NCBI GenBank assembly: GCA_964430505.1
Contig: CAYSGH010000010.1
Coordinates: 13,959-77,958 of the forward strand
DNA: 64,000 nt
Direction: 5' to 3'
DNA from: an uncultured Akkermansia sp.
GTDB taxonomy: Bacteria > Verrucomicrobiota > Verrucomicrobiia > Limisphaerales > UBA9464
Shown here: positions 20,690 to 30,473 of the stretch, in pieces
How positions within the stretch are numbered: position 1 is the first letter of the stretch
Layout of the letters: each line of letters begins with the position of its first letter
The notes under the pieces: generated by a model
What the model was told of the DNA's origin: nothing
Database searches by the model: none
The model's input: the letters and a program-made list of their open reading frames with translations, nothing else
Made by a program: the position numbers and the translations under genes

Positions 20690-23468
20690 CGAGTCCAAAG
20701 ATCACCTGTCCCACGTCTGCCCAGGCCCGCACGCGCGCCCCACCGTCCGCCGCCCCGCGACCACGCACGTATGCCAGCGCCGCCGCCTGCTCCCGCGCCG
20801 TCGGATCCCGTCCCAAGGCCAGCCCGTACATCCGACGCGCCACCGCCTCGTCGGCATCCCGCCCGGCCCCAGCGCGCCGCGCCATGGCCTCCGCCCAGGA
20901 TCGCACATGCGGCCCGTTCATGAGCAGCAGGGCCTGCGGGGCCACGGTCGTCACCGGCCGACGCGCCTGGCTCGTCAGCGGCTCCGGCGCGTCGAACGCC
21001 ACCATGTCCCCCACCAACTGGCTCCGTTTGACCGTCAGGTACACGCTCCGCCGCCGCGTCGCCGGGTCCAGCGTCCCGCGGCCATACATCGCCGGGTCCA
21101 GCACGCCGGATGCCGCCAGCATCGCGTCGCGCAACGCCTCCGCCTCCAGCCGCCGCGGCGTCCAGCGCGACCACAGCGCGTTCGACGGGTCCGACGCGCG
21201 CTTCATGGCGTCCACCGCCGCCGACTGGCGATAGGTCGCGCTTTCGAGGATGAGCCGGTGCAAGGGCTTCAACCGCCACCCGCCATGCACCAGCTCGCCC
21301 GCCAGCCAGTCCAGCAGCTCCGGGTGCGTCGGGCGCGCCCCTTGCGTCCCGAAGTCGTTGGGCGTCGCCACCAGCCCCGTCCCAAAGTGCTGTTGCCACA
21401 CCCGGTTCACGATGACCCGGGCCACCAGGTGGCCTGCGCCCTGGTCCGCGTCCGTCAACCACGCCGCCAACGTCCGCCGCCGACCCGTGTGTCGCGCCCC
21501 TTCTGGCGGCCGCCATGTCCACCGATCCTCGGGCGCGCGCAGCAACACCGACAATAAGCCCGGCGTCGCCACCCCGTCCTTTTGCTCCGTGCTGCCCCGC
21601 CTCAGGAAATGCGTGGCCTCCAGGAAGTCGCCGCCCTGCGTGTGCATCCGCACCGCCGGATACCCCTCGGCACAGGCCAGCACCTTCGTCGTCGAGGGCT
21701 TCGGGGCCGCCTTCACGTGCGCCTCCAACCGGCCCGAAGCCTCGCGCCAACCCGGGTCCTCCACGCGCCACCACGCCATCAAGGCGGCCCGCGCTCCCGC
21801 GTCCAGCCCGCGGCCCGCCCGCAACGCCGCCAACGCCTCCGCCACCGGCCCGGGCATCACCGCCCCCTTCAATGCCAGCTCCCCGCCGCGCCCCAGCGAC
21901 AAGCGCGGCCGCCCGATGTTGTGCCGCGTGTTCAACTCAAACTCGAGCCGCACCTCCCACTCCGTCCCACCCTCGAACCCCACGGGCTCCGCCAGCTCGA
22001 ACACCGCCGCATGGTCCTCGCCAAACTTGGGATCCACCGCCCATCCCGTCGTGCGCTCGCCATCCAGGGCCGACGTCACCGAAAGCCCGCCGGCGTTCTG
22101 CTCGAACGTCGCCCACGCCTTCCCGAAGGCCACCTCCCGCTTCTCGCCCCCCGAGGCCGGCCGCACCCACGCCCGCACGCGGCTGAGCCCGATGTTGCCG
22201 TTGTCCGCGCGCCCGGGGCCGCCCCGCGTCATCGACGGATGCGCCAGCGCCTCCACGCGCAGCGCCCGAACGCCCCGCGCCGTCGTCCGCGACACGAACG
22301 TGTACTGGTCCGTGTCGCCGTTCTTGCCCTCCGCAAGGAACGACCCGTCGCCCAGCGGCCGCAACATCGCGCCCGCCCGGCTCTTCGCCTCCGTGGGCAC
22401 CACCAGCTCCCACGCCGGCTCTGCCAGCCGCGCCGGCCCGCCCGACGCCACCCACGCGTCCAACCGCCCCGGCAACACGTCCGCCTCGTAACGCCTCAAC
22501 GCCTCCTCCAGCGGTCGCCGCTCCGCGTCGTGAATCGCCTTCGCCCGCCGATAACCCTCGGGATCCATGTCCACGTCCACCTCGGCCCGCACCGTCGTCG
22601 TGAACGTGGAAAGCAGCCGGTAGTAGTCGCGCGCGGGGATGGGGTCGAACTTGTGGTCGTGGCACCGCGCGCACCCCACGGTCAACCCCAGGAACGCCGT
22701 GCCCGTCGTCGCCAGCATGTCGTCCATGGCGTCGTAGCGCGTGCGCTCCACCTCGTTGGCCGTGATTTGCGTGGGGAACACGCCCGCCCCGAGGAACCCC
22801 GTCGCCATCATCGCCATCGGGTTGCCCGCGTCGTGCTCGTCCCCCGCCAACTGCCACCGCACGAAGTCATCGAACGGAAGGTCCGCGTTGAACGCGCGGA
22901 TCACGAAGTCGCGGTAGTGAAACGCGTTCGGCCGGTCGTAGTCGTGCTCGAACCCGGAGCTCTCCGCGAACCGCGCCACGTCCAGCCAATGCCGCGCCCA
23001 GCGCTCGCCATGCGCCGGGCTCGCCAGCAACCGCGCCACCCAGCGGCCCCATGCGTCCGGTGCCCCGTCCCGCTCGAGGGCCTCCACGTCCTCCGGCGAC
23101 GGCGGCAACCCCGTCACGTCCAGCGCCGCCCGCCGCGCCAACGTCCGCACCGGGGCCTCCGGGGCCGGGCGGACGCCCTTGGCCTCCATCGCGGCCAACA
23201 CAAAACGGTCCACCGGCGTCCGCACCCACGCCTCGTCGCGCACCTTCGGCGGCGTCACCCGCGCCAACGGCCGGAACGACCACCACCCGCGGTCCGCGTC
23301 CGTCACCTGGCCCTTGTGCGTGGCGCGCCCGAGCCAGTTGACGTGGTCGGCCGGGAGCTTCGGCTCCTCCGCATGCAACACGCCGCCCAAGCCCGCCGCA
23401 CCGCAAGCCAGCCCGAGGAGCCACCTTCCCCATCCCAACGACCGGCCCTTTCGCCGCGCCCCCTTCAC
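20667..23468 (-). CDS. DUF1549/DUF1553 (PSD1-type) protein
   Basis: GTG start with signal peptide. HWLDVARFAESSGFEHDYDRPNAFHYRDFVIRAFNADLPFD (DUF1549), CARCHDHKFDPIPARDYYRL, and a C-terminal DUF1553-like region. The start overlaps the stop of the upstream DUF1501 gene. Confidence 0.88.
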   Translation of the reverse strand: MKGARRKGRSLGWGRWLLGLACGAAGLGGVLHAEEPKLPADHVNWLGRATHKGQVTDADRGWWSFRPLARVTPPKVRDEAWVRTPVDRFVLAAMEAKGVRPAPEAPVRTLARRAALDVTGLPPSPEDVEALERDGAPDAWGRWVARLLASPAHGERWARHWLDVARFAESSGFEHDYDRPNAFHYRDFVIRAFNADLPFDDFVRWQLAGDEHDAGNPMAMMATGFLGAGVFPTQITANEVERTRYDAMDDMLATTGTAFLGLTVGCARCHDHKFDPIPARDYYRLLSTFTTTVRAEVDVDMDPEGYRRAKAIHDAERRPLEEALRRYEADVLPGRLDAWVASGGPARLAEPAWELVVPTEAKSRAGAMLRPLGDGSFLAEGKNGDTDQYTFVSRTTARGVRALRVEALAHPSMTRGGPGRADNGNIGLSRVRAWVRPASGGEKREVAFGKAWATFEQNAGGLSVTSALDGERTTGWAVDPKFGEDHAAVFELAEPVGFEGGTEWEVRLEFELNTRHNIGRPRLSLGRGGELALKGAVMPGPVAEALAALRAGRGLDAGARAALMAWWRVEDPGWREASGRLEAHVKAAPKPSTTKVLACAEGYPAVRMHTQGGDFLEATHFLRRGSTEQKDGVATPGLLSVLLRAPEDRWTWRPPEGARHTGRRRTLAAWLTDADQGAGHLVARVIVNRVWQQHFGTGLVATPNDFGTQGARPTHPELLDWLAGELVHGGWRLKPLHRLILESATYRQSAAVDAMKRASDPSNALWSRWTPRRLEAEALRDAMLAASGVLDPAMYGRGTLDPATRRRSVYLTVKRSQLVGDMVAFDAPEPLTSQARRPVTTVAPQALLLMNGPHVRSWAEAMARRAGAGRDADEAVARRMYGLALGRDPTAREQAAALAYVRGRGAADGGARVRAWADVGQVIFGLDEFAYLE

Positions 23469-24871
23469 GCGAGCACCCCCTTCACCACCTCGCCCGCCAC
23501 GTCCGTCAGCCGGAAGTCCCGGCCCGCGTGCCGGAACGTCAGCAGCTCATGGTCCATCCCCATCAGGTGCAGGATCGTCGCGTGGAAGTCGTGCACGTGG
23601 ACCCGGTCGCGCGCCGGCCGGATGCCATGCTCGTCCGAGGAGCCATGGACGCTCCCCGCGCGCACGCCTGCGCCCGCCAGCCACGACGAGAACACCCAGT
23701 GATGATGCTCCCGCCCCTTGGCGTCCGCCGCCGCGTTGAAGGGCGTCCGCCCGAACTCGGTCGTCCACACCACCAGCGTGTCGTCGAGCATGCCGCGCGA
23801 CCGCAGGTCCTTGAGCAACCCGGCGATGGCTTGGTCCACGTTCCGCGCCAACGGCCGGTGCGTCTCCATGTCCCCGTGCGCATCCCAGTTGTCCGACGAG
23901 CCCACGTCGATCAACTCCACGAACCGCACCCCGCGCTCGGCCAGCCTTCGCGCCACCAGGCATTGCCACGCAAACCCCTTCGTGCTGCCCCGTTCCAGCC
24001 CATACAACCGCAGCGTCGCGTCCGTCTCCCGCGACAAGTCGAACACGTCCGGCATCTCCATCTGCATCCCGAACGCGGTCTCGAACGACCGCATGCGTGC
24101 CGCCAGCGCGGGGTCGTCCGCGCGCAGCCCCAGGTGTCGGCGGTTCATCCGCGCCAACGCCTCCAGCTCCGCCTCCTGGCGACCCGGCACCACCCGCGGA
24201 CGCAGGTTCGCCACCGGCTCCGCCCCGGGCACCACCAACGTCCCCTGGTGCTCGGCCGGCAGGAAGTCGCTGGCCCACACCTGGCCGCCCGCATACGGGT
24301 TCCGCGGCGCAATCACCACGAACGACGGCAGGTTCCGGTTCTCCGTCCCCAGCCCGTAGCTCACCCAGCTCCCGAGGCTCGGCCGCGCAAACGTGAACGA
24401 CCCCGTGTGGATCCCCAGCGTCGCCTCGTAGTGGTTCGTGTGGTCCGACACCATCGACCGGATCACGCACAGCTCGTCCACGCAGCCCGCCATGTGCGGG
24501 AAGAGCTCGCTGACCTCCGTGCCGCAGCGCCCATGCGGCCGGAACGCCCATTGCGGCCGCTTCGCGAACATCTTGAAGTCCCCCTTCCGCCCCTGGAACT
24601 CGTCCACGCTCACCGTCTTGCCGTGGTCCCGCATCAACGCGGGCTTGGGATCCCATGACTCCACGTGCGACACCCCGCCGCTCATGTAGAGGAAGATCAC
24701 CCGCTTGGCCTTGGGAGCCTTCAACGGCGGACGCGCCGCCAGCCCGCCCACGGCGCCGCCCGCCGTCTCGGCCGCCATCCGCGACGCCAACGCCGGCACC
24801 AGCACCGTCCCCGCCGCGAGGGACCGCAGGAATCCCCGCCGCCCCAGCCCATGCCTCGTGAAGCCGTTCAT
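23465..24871 (-). CDS. DUF1501 domain protein (second copy)
   Basis: ATG 24871 gives MNGFTRHGLGRRGFLRSLAAGTVLVPALA (Tat-like). It is paralogous to 19232..20689 (FLYMSGGVSHVESWDPKP, WTTEFGRTP, GREHHHW). The upstream part of the 675-aa track ORF was rejected. Confidence 0.88.
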   Translation of the reverse strand: MNGFTRHGLGRRGFLRSLAAGTVLVPALASRMAAETAGGAVGGLAARPPLKAPKAKRVIFLYMSGGVSHVESWDPKPALMRDHGKTVSVDEFQGRKGDFKMFAKRPQWAFRPHGRCGTEVSELFPHMAGCVDELCVIRSMVSDHTNHYEATLGIHTGSFTFARPSLGSWVSYGLGTENRNLPSFVVIAPRNPYAGGQVWASDFLPAEHQGTLVVPGAEPVANLRPRVVPGRQEAELEALARMNRRHLGLRADDPALAARMRSFETAFGMQMEMPDVFDLSRETDATLRLYGLERGSTKGFAWQCLVARRLAERGVRFVELIDVGSSDNWDAHGDMETHRPLARNVDQAIAGLLKDLRSRGMLDDTLVVWTTEFGRTPFNAAADAKGREHHHWVFSSWLAGAGVRAGSVHGSSDEHGIRPARDRVHVHDFHATILHLMGMDHELLTFRHAGRDFRLTDVAGEVVKGVLA

Positions 24872-24882
24872 CGCGTTGCCCC

Positions 24883-27800
24883 TCAATCCACCGTCAGAAA
24901 TTCGTTGCTCGCGAACAACACCCGCGCCAAGGACGCCAGCGCCCCCTCGCCCCGGACCCGTGCATCCGAAAGAAATCGCACCCCGTCCTCCTGCTCCTCC
25001 GACGTCGGCGAACGCCCCAGCGCCATCCGGTACGCCGCCGTCACCCGGCCCGCGTCCCCCGACGCCGCCTCCATCGCGCGCGACGCCAGCCGCGCCGCCG
25101 CCGCGTGCACGAACGGGTCGTTCATGAAGTACAACGCCTGCGTCGGCACCGTCGTCGTCCGCCGCGTCGCCGTGCTCCCGTTCGGGTCTGCCCCGTCGAA
25201 CAACGCCAGGAACGGATGCCGCTGCAATCGCTGCGTCATCAGGTACACGCTCCGCCGCTCGTGCCCGTAAACCGCCGTGAACGGTCCGTGCTGCGTGTAG
25301 CCCCACGCCGTGGGCGACGGGAACGGATGCCCGCCCCCGACGCGCCGCTCGAGCCCGCCCGACGCCGCCAACAGCGCATCCCGCACCTCCTCCGCCCCCA
25401 GCCGACGCCGTGCAAACGGGGACCAAGCCTCGCCCTCCAACGCCGCGCCGCCGTCCTTCGCCGACGCCATCCCCACGCCCGGCTCCGGGCATTCCGCCCC
25501 GTTGCCTCCCCCGGCCGCGACGGGTCGTTCCAGCCCATGGCTGGCCTGCCGGTACGTCGCGCTCAGCACGATCAACCGGTGCATCGCCTTCATGGACCAG
25601 CCCATGCGCACGAACTCGGTCGCCAGGTGGTCCAGCAACGCCGGGTCCGAGGGCCGCGCGCCCCGCAGGCCAAAGTCATTCGGGGTGGCCACCAACGCCG
25701 CGCCGAAGTGCCATTGCCAAATCCGGTTGGCCATCACCCGCGCCGTCAGCGGGTTGGACGCGTCCGTCAGCCATTGGGCCAGCTCCAGCCTCCCGCTGGA
25801 TCGCGTCCCCTGGCCCACGCGCGCACCCCCCAACACCTTCAGGAACCCGCGCGGCACCACCTCGCCCGGTTGGTCCGGGTCGCCCCGCAACTGCACCCGT
25901 GCATCCCTCGGCGTGCCTTCCGAAACGGCGTAGGCCAGCTCCACCGGCCCCTCCACCAACAGCCTCTCCAGCTCGCCTCGCAGCGCCCCCGCTTGGCCCT
26001 CCAACGCCTCCAGTCGCGCCCGCAACGCCGCCGCCTTCTCGCGCCGATCCTGGTCAGCCACGGCCGACGCCGCCGCATCGCGCCCCGGCAACGGATCGTC
26101 GCGCACCACGAGGTTGTCCGCATCCACCAACGGCCGCGGCCCGCCGACGTTCCCATGGCTATCGATGAACGTGTAGTCCACCACCCCGTCCCAGCCCGTG
26201 GCCAATGCTCCCTCAAACGCCACCGCGCCGCCCACCCCGTCCGCCGCCTCCACCACCCCCGCATACCGCCGGGCCGAAAGATCCATCCGTACCCGCACCT
26301 GATGCCATGCGCCCGGCTTCAGGGCCGTCACCCGCCGCCGCTCGTCCCCATCGCGGATCCACAACGCACCCCCATTGAAATGAACCTCCAACGCCGAGGA
26401 CGTCCCGCCGCCGTGTCCGACGTAGTACCGCCACGTGCCCGGTTCCTGGCCATCGCCCGCGCAACGGAAGTCGAACCCTGCATGAAGTTCCTTCGCCTTG
26501 GCCGCCTCCCAGCGTCTCGGCAGCGTCTGCCCAAACCCGTTGTAGCCCTCCCCCGCCCCCATCCGCAGCCCCACGACTCCCGCCGGGTACAGGTTCCGCC
26601 ACGGGCTTTGCGAGGCCGCCGAGGCCTTCACCGAGGCGTTTGGCCCCGGGTGCCACGACCCCGACGGCGCCGCGCCATCGCGTTGCAGCTCGAGGTCGCC
26701 GTCCATCCCCGACAACGCCTCCAATTCCTTGCGAAGCCCCGAGGGCGACGGCCCCTCCCACGCCAACTCGGGCAGGTCCCGCGTCACCTCCCGGAACGGC
26801 ACCTCGCGCAGCTCCAGGTTGTCCAAGGCCAACGCCGCATGGGGATGATCCGACCGATCGGACCGATCGGACGGATCCCCCGAGGATCCCACCCCGACCC
26901 GCAGCGCTGCCAGCCCCGCCGCCGTCCCCAGCACGCGCACCGTCCCGATCTCACGTACGTTGCCCGGCACGCCCACCCGCGCGCGCGCGGTGCCGGCCGC
27001 GACGTCCACGTCCACCTGCACGTTGTGCCACTGGCCAGGCTCCGGGAGCGCCACCTCCACCGGTTGCCCGGCGTTGCCCTTCAACCACGCCCGATCCCCC
27101 GTGAACCGCACCTCCACGAGGGCCGCATCCCGCGACGCCCCCAGCCAGAGCCGGTGCGCGCCGGCCGGGTCCTTGGACTCCAGGCCGGACTTGAAGTCGA
27201 GTTGCAGGTGCCAGGTTCCGGAGCGGCGCAACAGCCCGGCCACGGCCGGCGACACCGCCTGCTCCATCCACCATGCGTTCGTCCCCGAGGAGATGGACGC
27301 CCCCACCCGGCCCGACGGATGGACGCTGCGAAACGGGCTTTGCGCGTCCGTCGTCACCGCGATGACGCCCTCGTACACCCAAGGCGGCACCAGCACCCCC
27401 TTGCTCCCGCCCGCCGCCGGGGCCTGCAGCTCCAGGTCCCCGTCCATCCCCTCCACCGGACGCAACACCGCCGAAGGCCCCGGCTTGCCCAGTGCCTCCA
27501 GCCGACGCGACACCTCCGACACGCGCCACTCATGCTCGCGCCACCGGGGCAACGCCTCGGACGGCGCCGCCACCGACGCCATCGAACGCACCCGTTGCTT
27601 CTGCTCCGAGCCCGGGAACGAAAACCGCGTGCTCTCCAGGATCCCGTACAACGCGTAGTAATCCGACGCCGGCACCGGGTCGTACTTGTGCGCATGGCAC
27701 CGCGCGCAGCCCAGCGTCAGCCCCAGGACCCCTTGTCCGATCGTGTCGATCGCGTCCTGCAACGTCAGGTGATGGTAGTTCTCCGAGTCGAACCCAAACC

Positions 27801-28404
27801 TGCGCGACACCGCCAGGAATCCCGTGGCCGTCACCCGTTCCCCATGCAACGCCGGGTCCCCCTGCATCGCCAGGACGTCGCCCGCCACCTGCTCCCGCAC
27901 AAACACGTCATAGGGCTTGTCCGCGTTGAACGACCGGATCACGTAGTCCCGGTACCGCCAGGCCACCGGCACCGGATAGTCCGCCGTCTCGCCCGCCGTG
28001 TCCGCGTACCGCGCCACGTCCAGCCAATGGCGTCCCCACCGCTCGCCGTAGGCCGACGACCCCAGCAGCCGCTCCACCACGCGTTCATGGGCCTCGGGCG
28101 CCGTGTCCGCCTCGAAGGCATCCGCCTCCGCCGCCGTCGGCGGCAACCCCGTGAGGTCCAGCGTCACGCGACGCAGCCATGCACGCCGATCGGCCTCCGC
28201 CGCGGGCTTCCCGCCGCGGGACTCCAACCGCGCCAACACAAACCGGTCGATGCTGGTCCGGCACCAACCGGCGTCGCGCACGACGGGCGCTGGCGGGGCA
28301 TGGACCGGCTGGAACGCCCAATGAGCCGAGGGATCCTCGCCGGCCATCAACGCGATGGAACCCATCGCAAGCACCGCCCCACATCTGTACGCTCGCCAAC
28401 GCAT
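24883..28404 (-). CDS. DUF1549/DUF1553 (PSD1-type) protein with a large central insert (second, longer copy)
   Basis: ATG 28404 gives MRWRAYRCGAVLAMGSIALMAG. HWLDVARYADTAGETADYPVPVAWRYRDYVIRSFNADKPYD, CARCHAHKYDPVPASDYYAL, and a C-terminal DUF1553-like region. About 500 residues of extra beta-rich sequence lie between them. Confidence 0.87.
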   Translation of the reverse strand: MRWRAYRCGAVLAMGSIALMAGEDPSAHWAFQPVHAPPAPVVRDAGWCRTSIDRFVLARLESRGGKPAAEADRRAWLRRVTLDLTGLPPTAAEADAFEADTAPEAHERVVERLLGSSAYGERWGRHWLDVARYADTAGETADYPVPVAWRYRDYVIRSFNADKPYDVFVREQVAGDVLAMQGDPALHGERVTATGFLAVSRRFGFDSENYHHLTLQDAIDTIGQGVLGLTLGCARCHAHKYDPVPASDYYALYGILESTRFSFPGSEQKQRVRSMASVAAPSEALPRWREHEWRVSEVSRRLEALGKPGPSAVLRPVEGMDGDLELQAPAAGGSKGVLVPPWVYEGVIAVTTDAQSPFRSVHPSGRVGASISSGTNAWWMEQAVSPAVAGLLRRSGTWHLQLDFKSGLESKDPAGAHRLWLGASRDAALVEVRFTGDRAWLKGNAGQPVEVALPEPGQWHNVQVDVDVAAGTARARVGVPGNVREIGTVRVLGTAAGLAALRVGVGSSGDPSDRSDRSDHPHAALALDNLELREVPFREVTRDLPELAWEGPSPSGLRKELEALSGMDGDLELQRDGAAPSGSWHPGPNASVKASAASQSPWRNLYPAGVVGLRMGAGEGYNGFGQTLPRRWEAAKAKELHAGFDFRCAGDGQEPGTWRYYVGHGGGTSSALEVHFNGGALWIRDGDERRRVTALKPGAWHQVRVRMDLSARRYAGVVEAADGVGGAVAFEGALATGWDGVVDYTFIDSHGNVGGPRPLVDADNLVVRDDPLPGRDAAASAVADQDRREKAAALRARLEALEGQAGALRGELERLLVEGPVELAYAVSEGTPRDARVQLRGDPDQPGEVVPRGFLKVLGGARVGQGTRSSGRLELAQWLTDASNPLTARVMANRIWQWHFGAALVATPNDFGLRGARPSDPALLDHLATEFVRMGWSMKAMHRLIVLSATYRQASHGLERPVAAGGGNGAECPEPGVGMASAKDGGAALEGEAWSPFARRRLGAEEVRDALLAASGGLERRVGGGHPFPSPTAWGYTQHGPFTAVYGHERRSVYLMTQRLQRHPFLALFDGADPNGSTATRRTTTVPTQALYFMNDPFVHAAAARLASRAMEAASGDAGRVTAAYRMALGRSPTSEEQEDGVRFLSDARVRGEGALASLARVLFASNEFLTVD

Positions 28405-28525
28405 CGGGAAGATGGTGGGCACGGTGCCAAGGACTCGCCCGTGCCGGAAGCCTTGGTTTCGGCCATGTGCGTCCGCCTCGTCCACGCCTTCCCGGTCGCG
28501 GCGCGGCGTTTCCACGGATCGGGAA

Positions 28526-29527
28526 CTACGCGAGGAGGCCCGCGAGGTCGGCCTTGAGACGCGCGGCCTCGGCCTGTGCTGGGTCCAGCGGCAGGCCCTT
28601 GGACATGCCAGGGCGCAGGTGGCCGACATGGGACAGCCAGGCGTCGCGCAGCAGGCTTTGGCGGCGTGTGACCAGCTCGACGATGGCGGCGCCCTTGGGA
28701 TGCAGCGCCGCCACGGCCCCGGGCGAGTCGGAGCCGGCCAACGACTCGGGGCCCCCCCAGTGCCGGATCAGTTGCCGAGCCATCAACCAATGGCCCAGCG
28801 GCCCCGGGTGCACGCCGTCGCCCGCGAGGACGAACTTCGGGTCCGTGCGGCGTGCATGGGCGATGAAATCCCTCATCGGTTGATGGACGGGCACGACGTT
28901 CCAGCCCCTCCGTTCGCCCTGCTGGACGAGCCATTGGTCAAAGCGGGCGAGGACGTCGTCGTAGCCCTCGAAGGGCTGGGGATAGGCGTCGCGCCCGGCA
29001 GGCAGGGTTCGGCCGGCGAGGGGCAGCGGGTCAAACACGGGCGGGGTCACGTGGACGATGGAGGCACCCGAGGCCGCGACCGCGTCGTGCAGCCTTTGGA
29101 TGCCGTCAAAGTGGCGTTGGCCCCGTTCGTCGGACCAGGGGTGATAGATGCCGTCGTTCATGCCGTAGCAGGCAACGACAAGGTCGGGGCGGACCTTTTC
29201 GAGGGCGCGAGCGAGGCGTTCGTGGAGGTCGGGCCGCGGGAACGCGCCTCCCGCGTGTCCCGGCTCCGAGAGGCCCGAGACGGTCTCGGAGGGCAGGCCG
29301 AGGTTGATGACCTCGCCCTCGAAGCGTGGGTGGCGGATCCGAAGCCAGGACTCGACGTGGACGACCCAGGTGCCCGCCCAGGTGATGCTGTCCCCGAGGA
29401 AAAGGATGGTGCGGGCTTGGGTCGGCTGGGGCCGGGCCTTGGGCCACGGCGCACAGGCGGGGGCGGCAACGAGGGGAAGGGCGGCCAGGGATTGCAGGAA
29501 GCGACGGCGGGGCAGGGTGGGATTCAT
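28526..29527 (-). CDS. SGNH/GDSL-family hydrolase, Tat-signal
   Basis: MNPTLPRRRFLQSLAALPLVAAP, block I ILFLGDSITWAG, block III VVACYGMNDG, C-terminal DGVHPGPLGH. Confidence 0.82.
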   Translation of the reverse strand: MNPTLPRRRFLQSLAALPLVAAPACAPWPKARPQPTQARTILFLGDSITWAGTWVVHVESWLRIRHPRFEGEVINLGLPSETVSGLSEPGHAGGAFPRPDLHERLARALEKVRPDLVVACYGMNDGIYHPWSDERGQRHFDGIQRLHDAVAASGASIVHVTPPVFDPLPLAGRTLPAGRDAYPQPFEGYDDVLARFDQWLVQQGERRGWNVVPVHQPMRDFIAHARRTDPKFVLAGDGVHPGPLGHWLMARQLIRHWGGPESLAGSDSPGAVAALHPKGAAIVELVTRRQSLLRDAWLSHVGHLRPGMSKGLPLDPAQAEAARLKADLAGLLA

Positions 29528-29530
29528 GGC

Positions 29531-29575
29531 GGCGGGAAGCGGGAAGCGGGGGTCAGGAAGCGGGGGGGGGCGTTA
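29531..29575. repeat. G-rich intergenic element, copy 1 (GGGAAGCGGGAAGCGGGGG...GGGGGGGGGCGTTACT)
   Basis: It fills the 45-nt spacer between the SGNH start (29527) and the stop of the prepilin-like gene (29573). A reverse-complement copy lies at 48932-48991. Confidence 0.8.
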
Positions 29576-30301
29576 CTTCAAGTCCTCGCCCCGGAGGCCG
29601 TTGATGGTCCAGTCGAGGTTGTAGATGAGGGTGGAGCCGTCCTTGAAGGGGGCGTTGAGGCGGTCGTAGAGGGCGTATTCCGAGTGGCCATCCACGAAGA
29701 GGAGGGACATGCCGCGCGGGCCATGGGCGGAGCTGGCGGTGCCCTTGCGGATGTCGTTCCACTTGCCCTTGGTGCTGGCGAAGCAGGGCGCGATGGCCTT
29801 CTTGGCGGGCGAGGTCACGTCGCGGACGGACCGGACCATGAGCTTTGAGTTGTCGTCGGAATGGTAGAACTGGTTGTAGTAGTAATAGGAGCAGGGGAAG
29901 AGCAGCTCGTTGGTGCGGATGGGGAAGCTGTTGGCGACGGCCCACTCGATGTTGAAGCCGCGCCCGCGCTCGGCGGGGCAGAGGTAGAACGAGCGCGCGT
30001 TGGTGCTGATGTAGGGGTTCATCAGCTTCAAGACATCCACGAATCCCATCTGCGGCCAGTCGCGGCCCGAGTAGGGGAACTGGTCGCGGAAGTCGGCCGT
30101 GTACAGGGCATAGGTGATGCCGAGCTGGCGGAGGTTGGAGGTGCACCGCGCCTGGAAGGCCTTGGCCTTGGCCTTGCCCAGCGCCGGGAGAAGCATCCCG
30201 GCGAGGATGGCGATGATCGCGATCACCACGAGCAGCTCGATGAGGGTAAAGGCCCGGTGCAACGAGGCGCCATGCGGGGCGGGCGAGTGCGGGGAGGACA
30301 T
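29573..30301 (-). CDS. Prepilin-type N-terminal cleavage/methylation domain protein (H-X9-DG-like)
   Basis: ATG 30301 gives [49 protein letters not shown]-terminal LLFVDGHSE. The upstream part of the 576-aa track ORF is a shadow of the plus-strand protease gene. Confidence 0.87.
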   Translation of the reverse strand: MSSPHSPAPHGASLHRAFTLIELLVVIAIIAILAGMLLPALGKAKAKAFQARCTSNLRQLGITYALYTADFRDQFPYSGRDWPQMGFVDVLKLMNPYISTNARSFYLCPAERGRGFNIEWAVANSFPIRTNELLFPCSYYYYNQFYHSDDNSKLMVRSVRDVTSPAKKAIAPCFASTKGKWNDIRKGTASSAHGPRGMSLLFVDGHSEYALYDRLNAPFKDGSTLIYNLDWTINGLRGEDLK

Positions 30302-30473
30302 GGGAAGAGGCTCCCCCCAACCGCCCCTGCGTGGCAATTGGGATTCACTGCGCCGTGCAGGGGGCCAGGCCGGCTCGGGGGAAGCGGAGGAGGCGCCGGG
30401 GCTGGACGTTCGGTTCCCAAGGTTTTGGATGGCGCGGCCGGGCTGGCATGGGGCTAGCTTTGAACGAAACACG

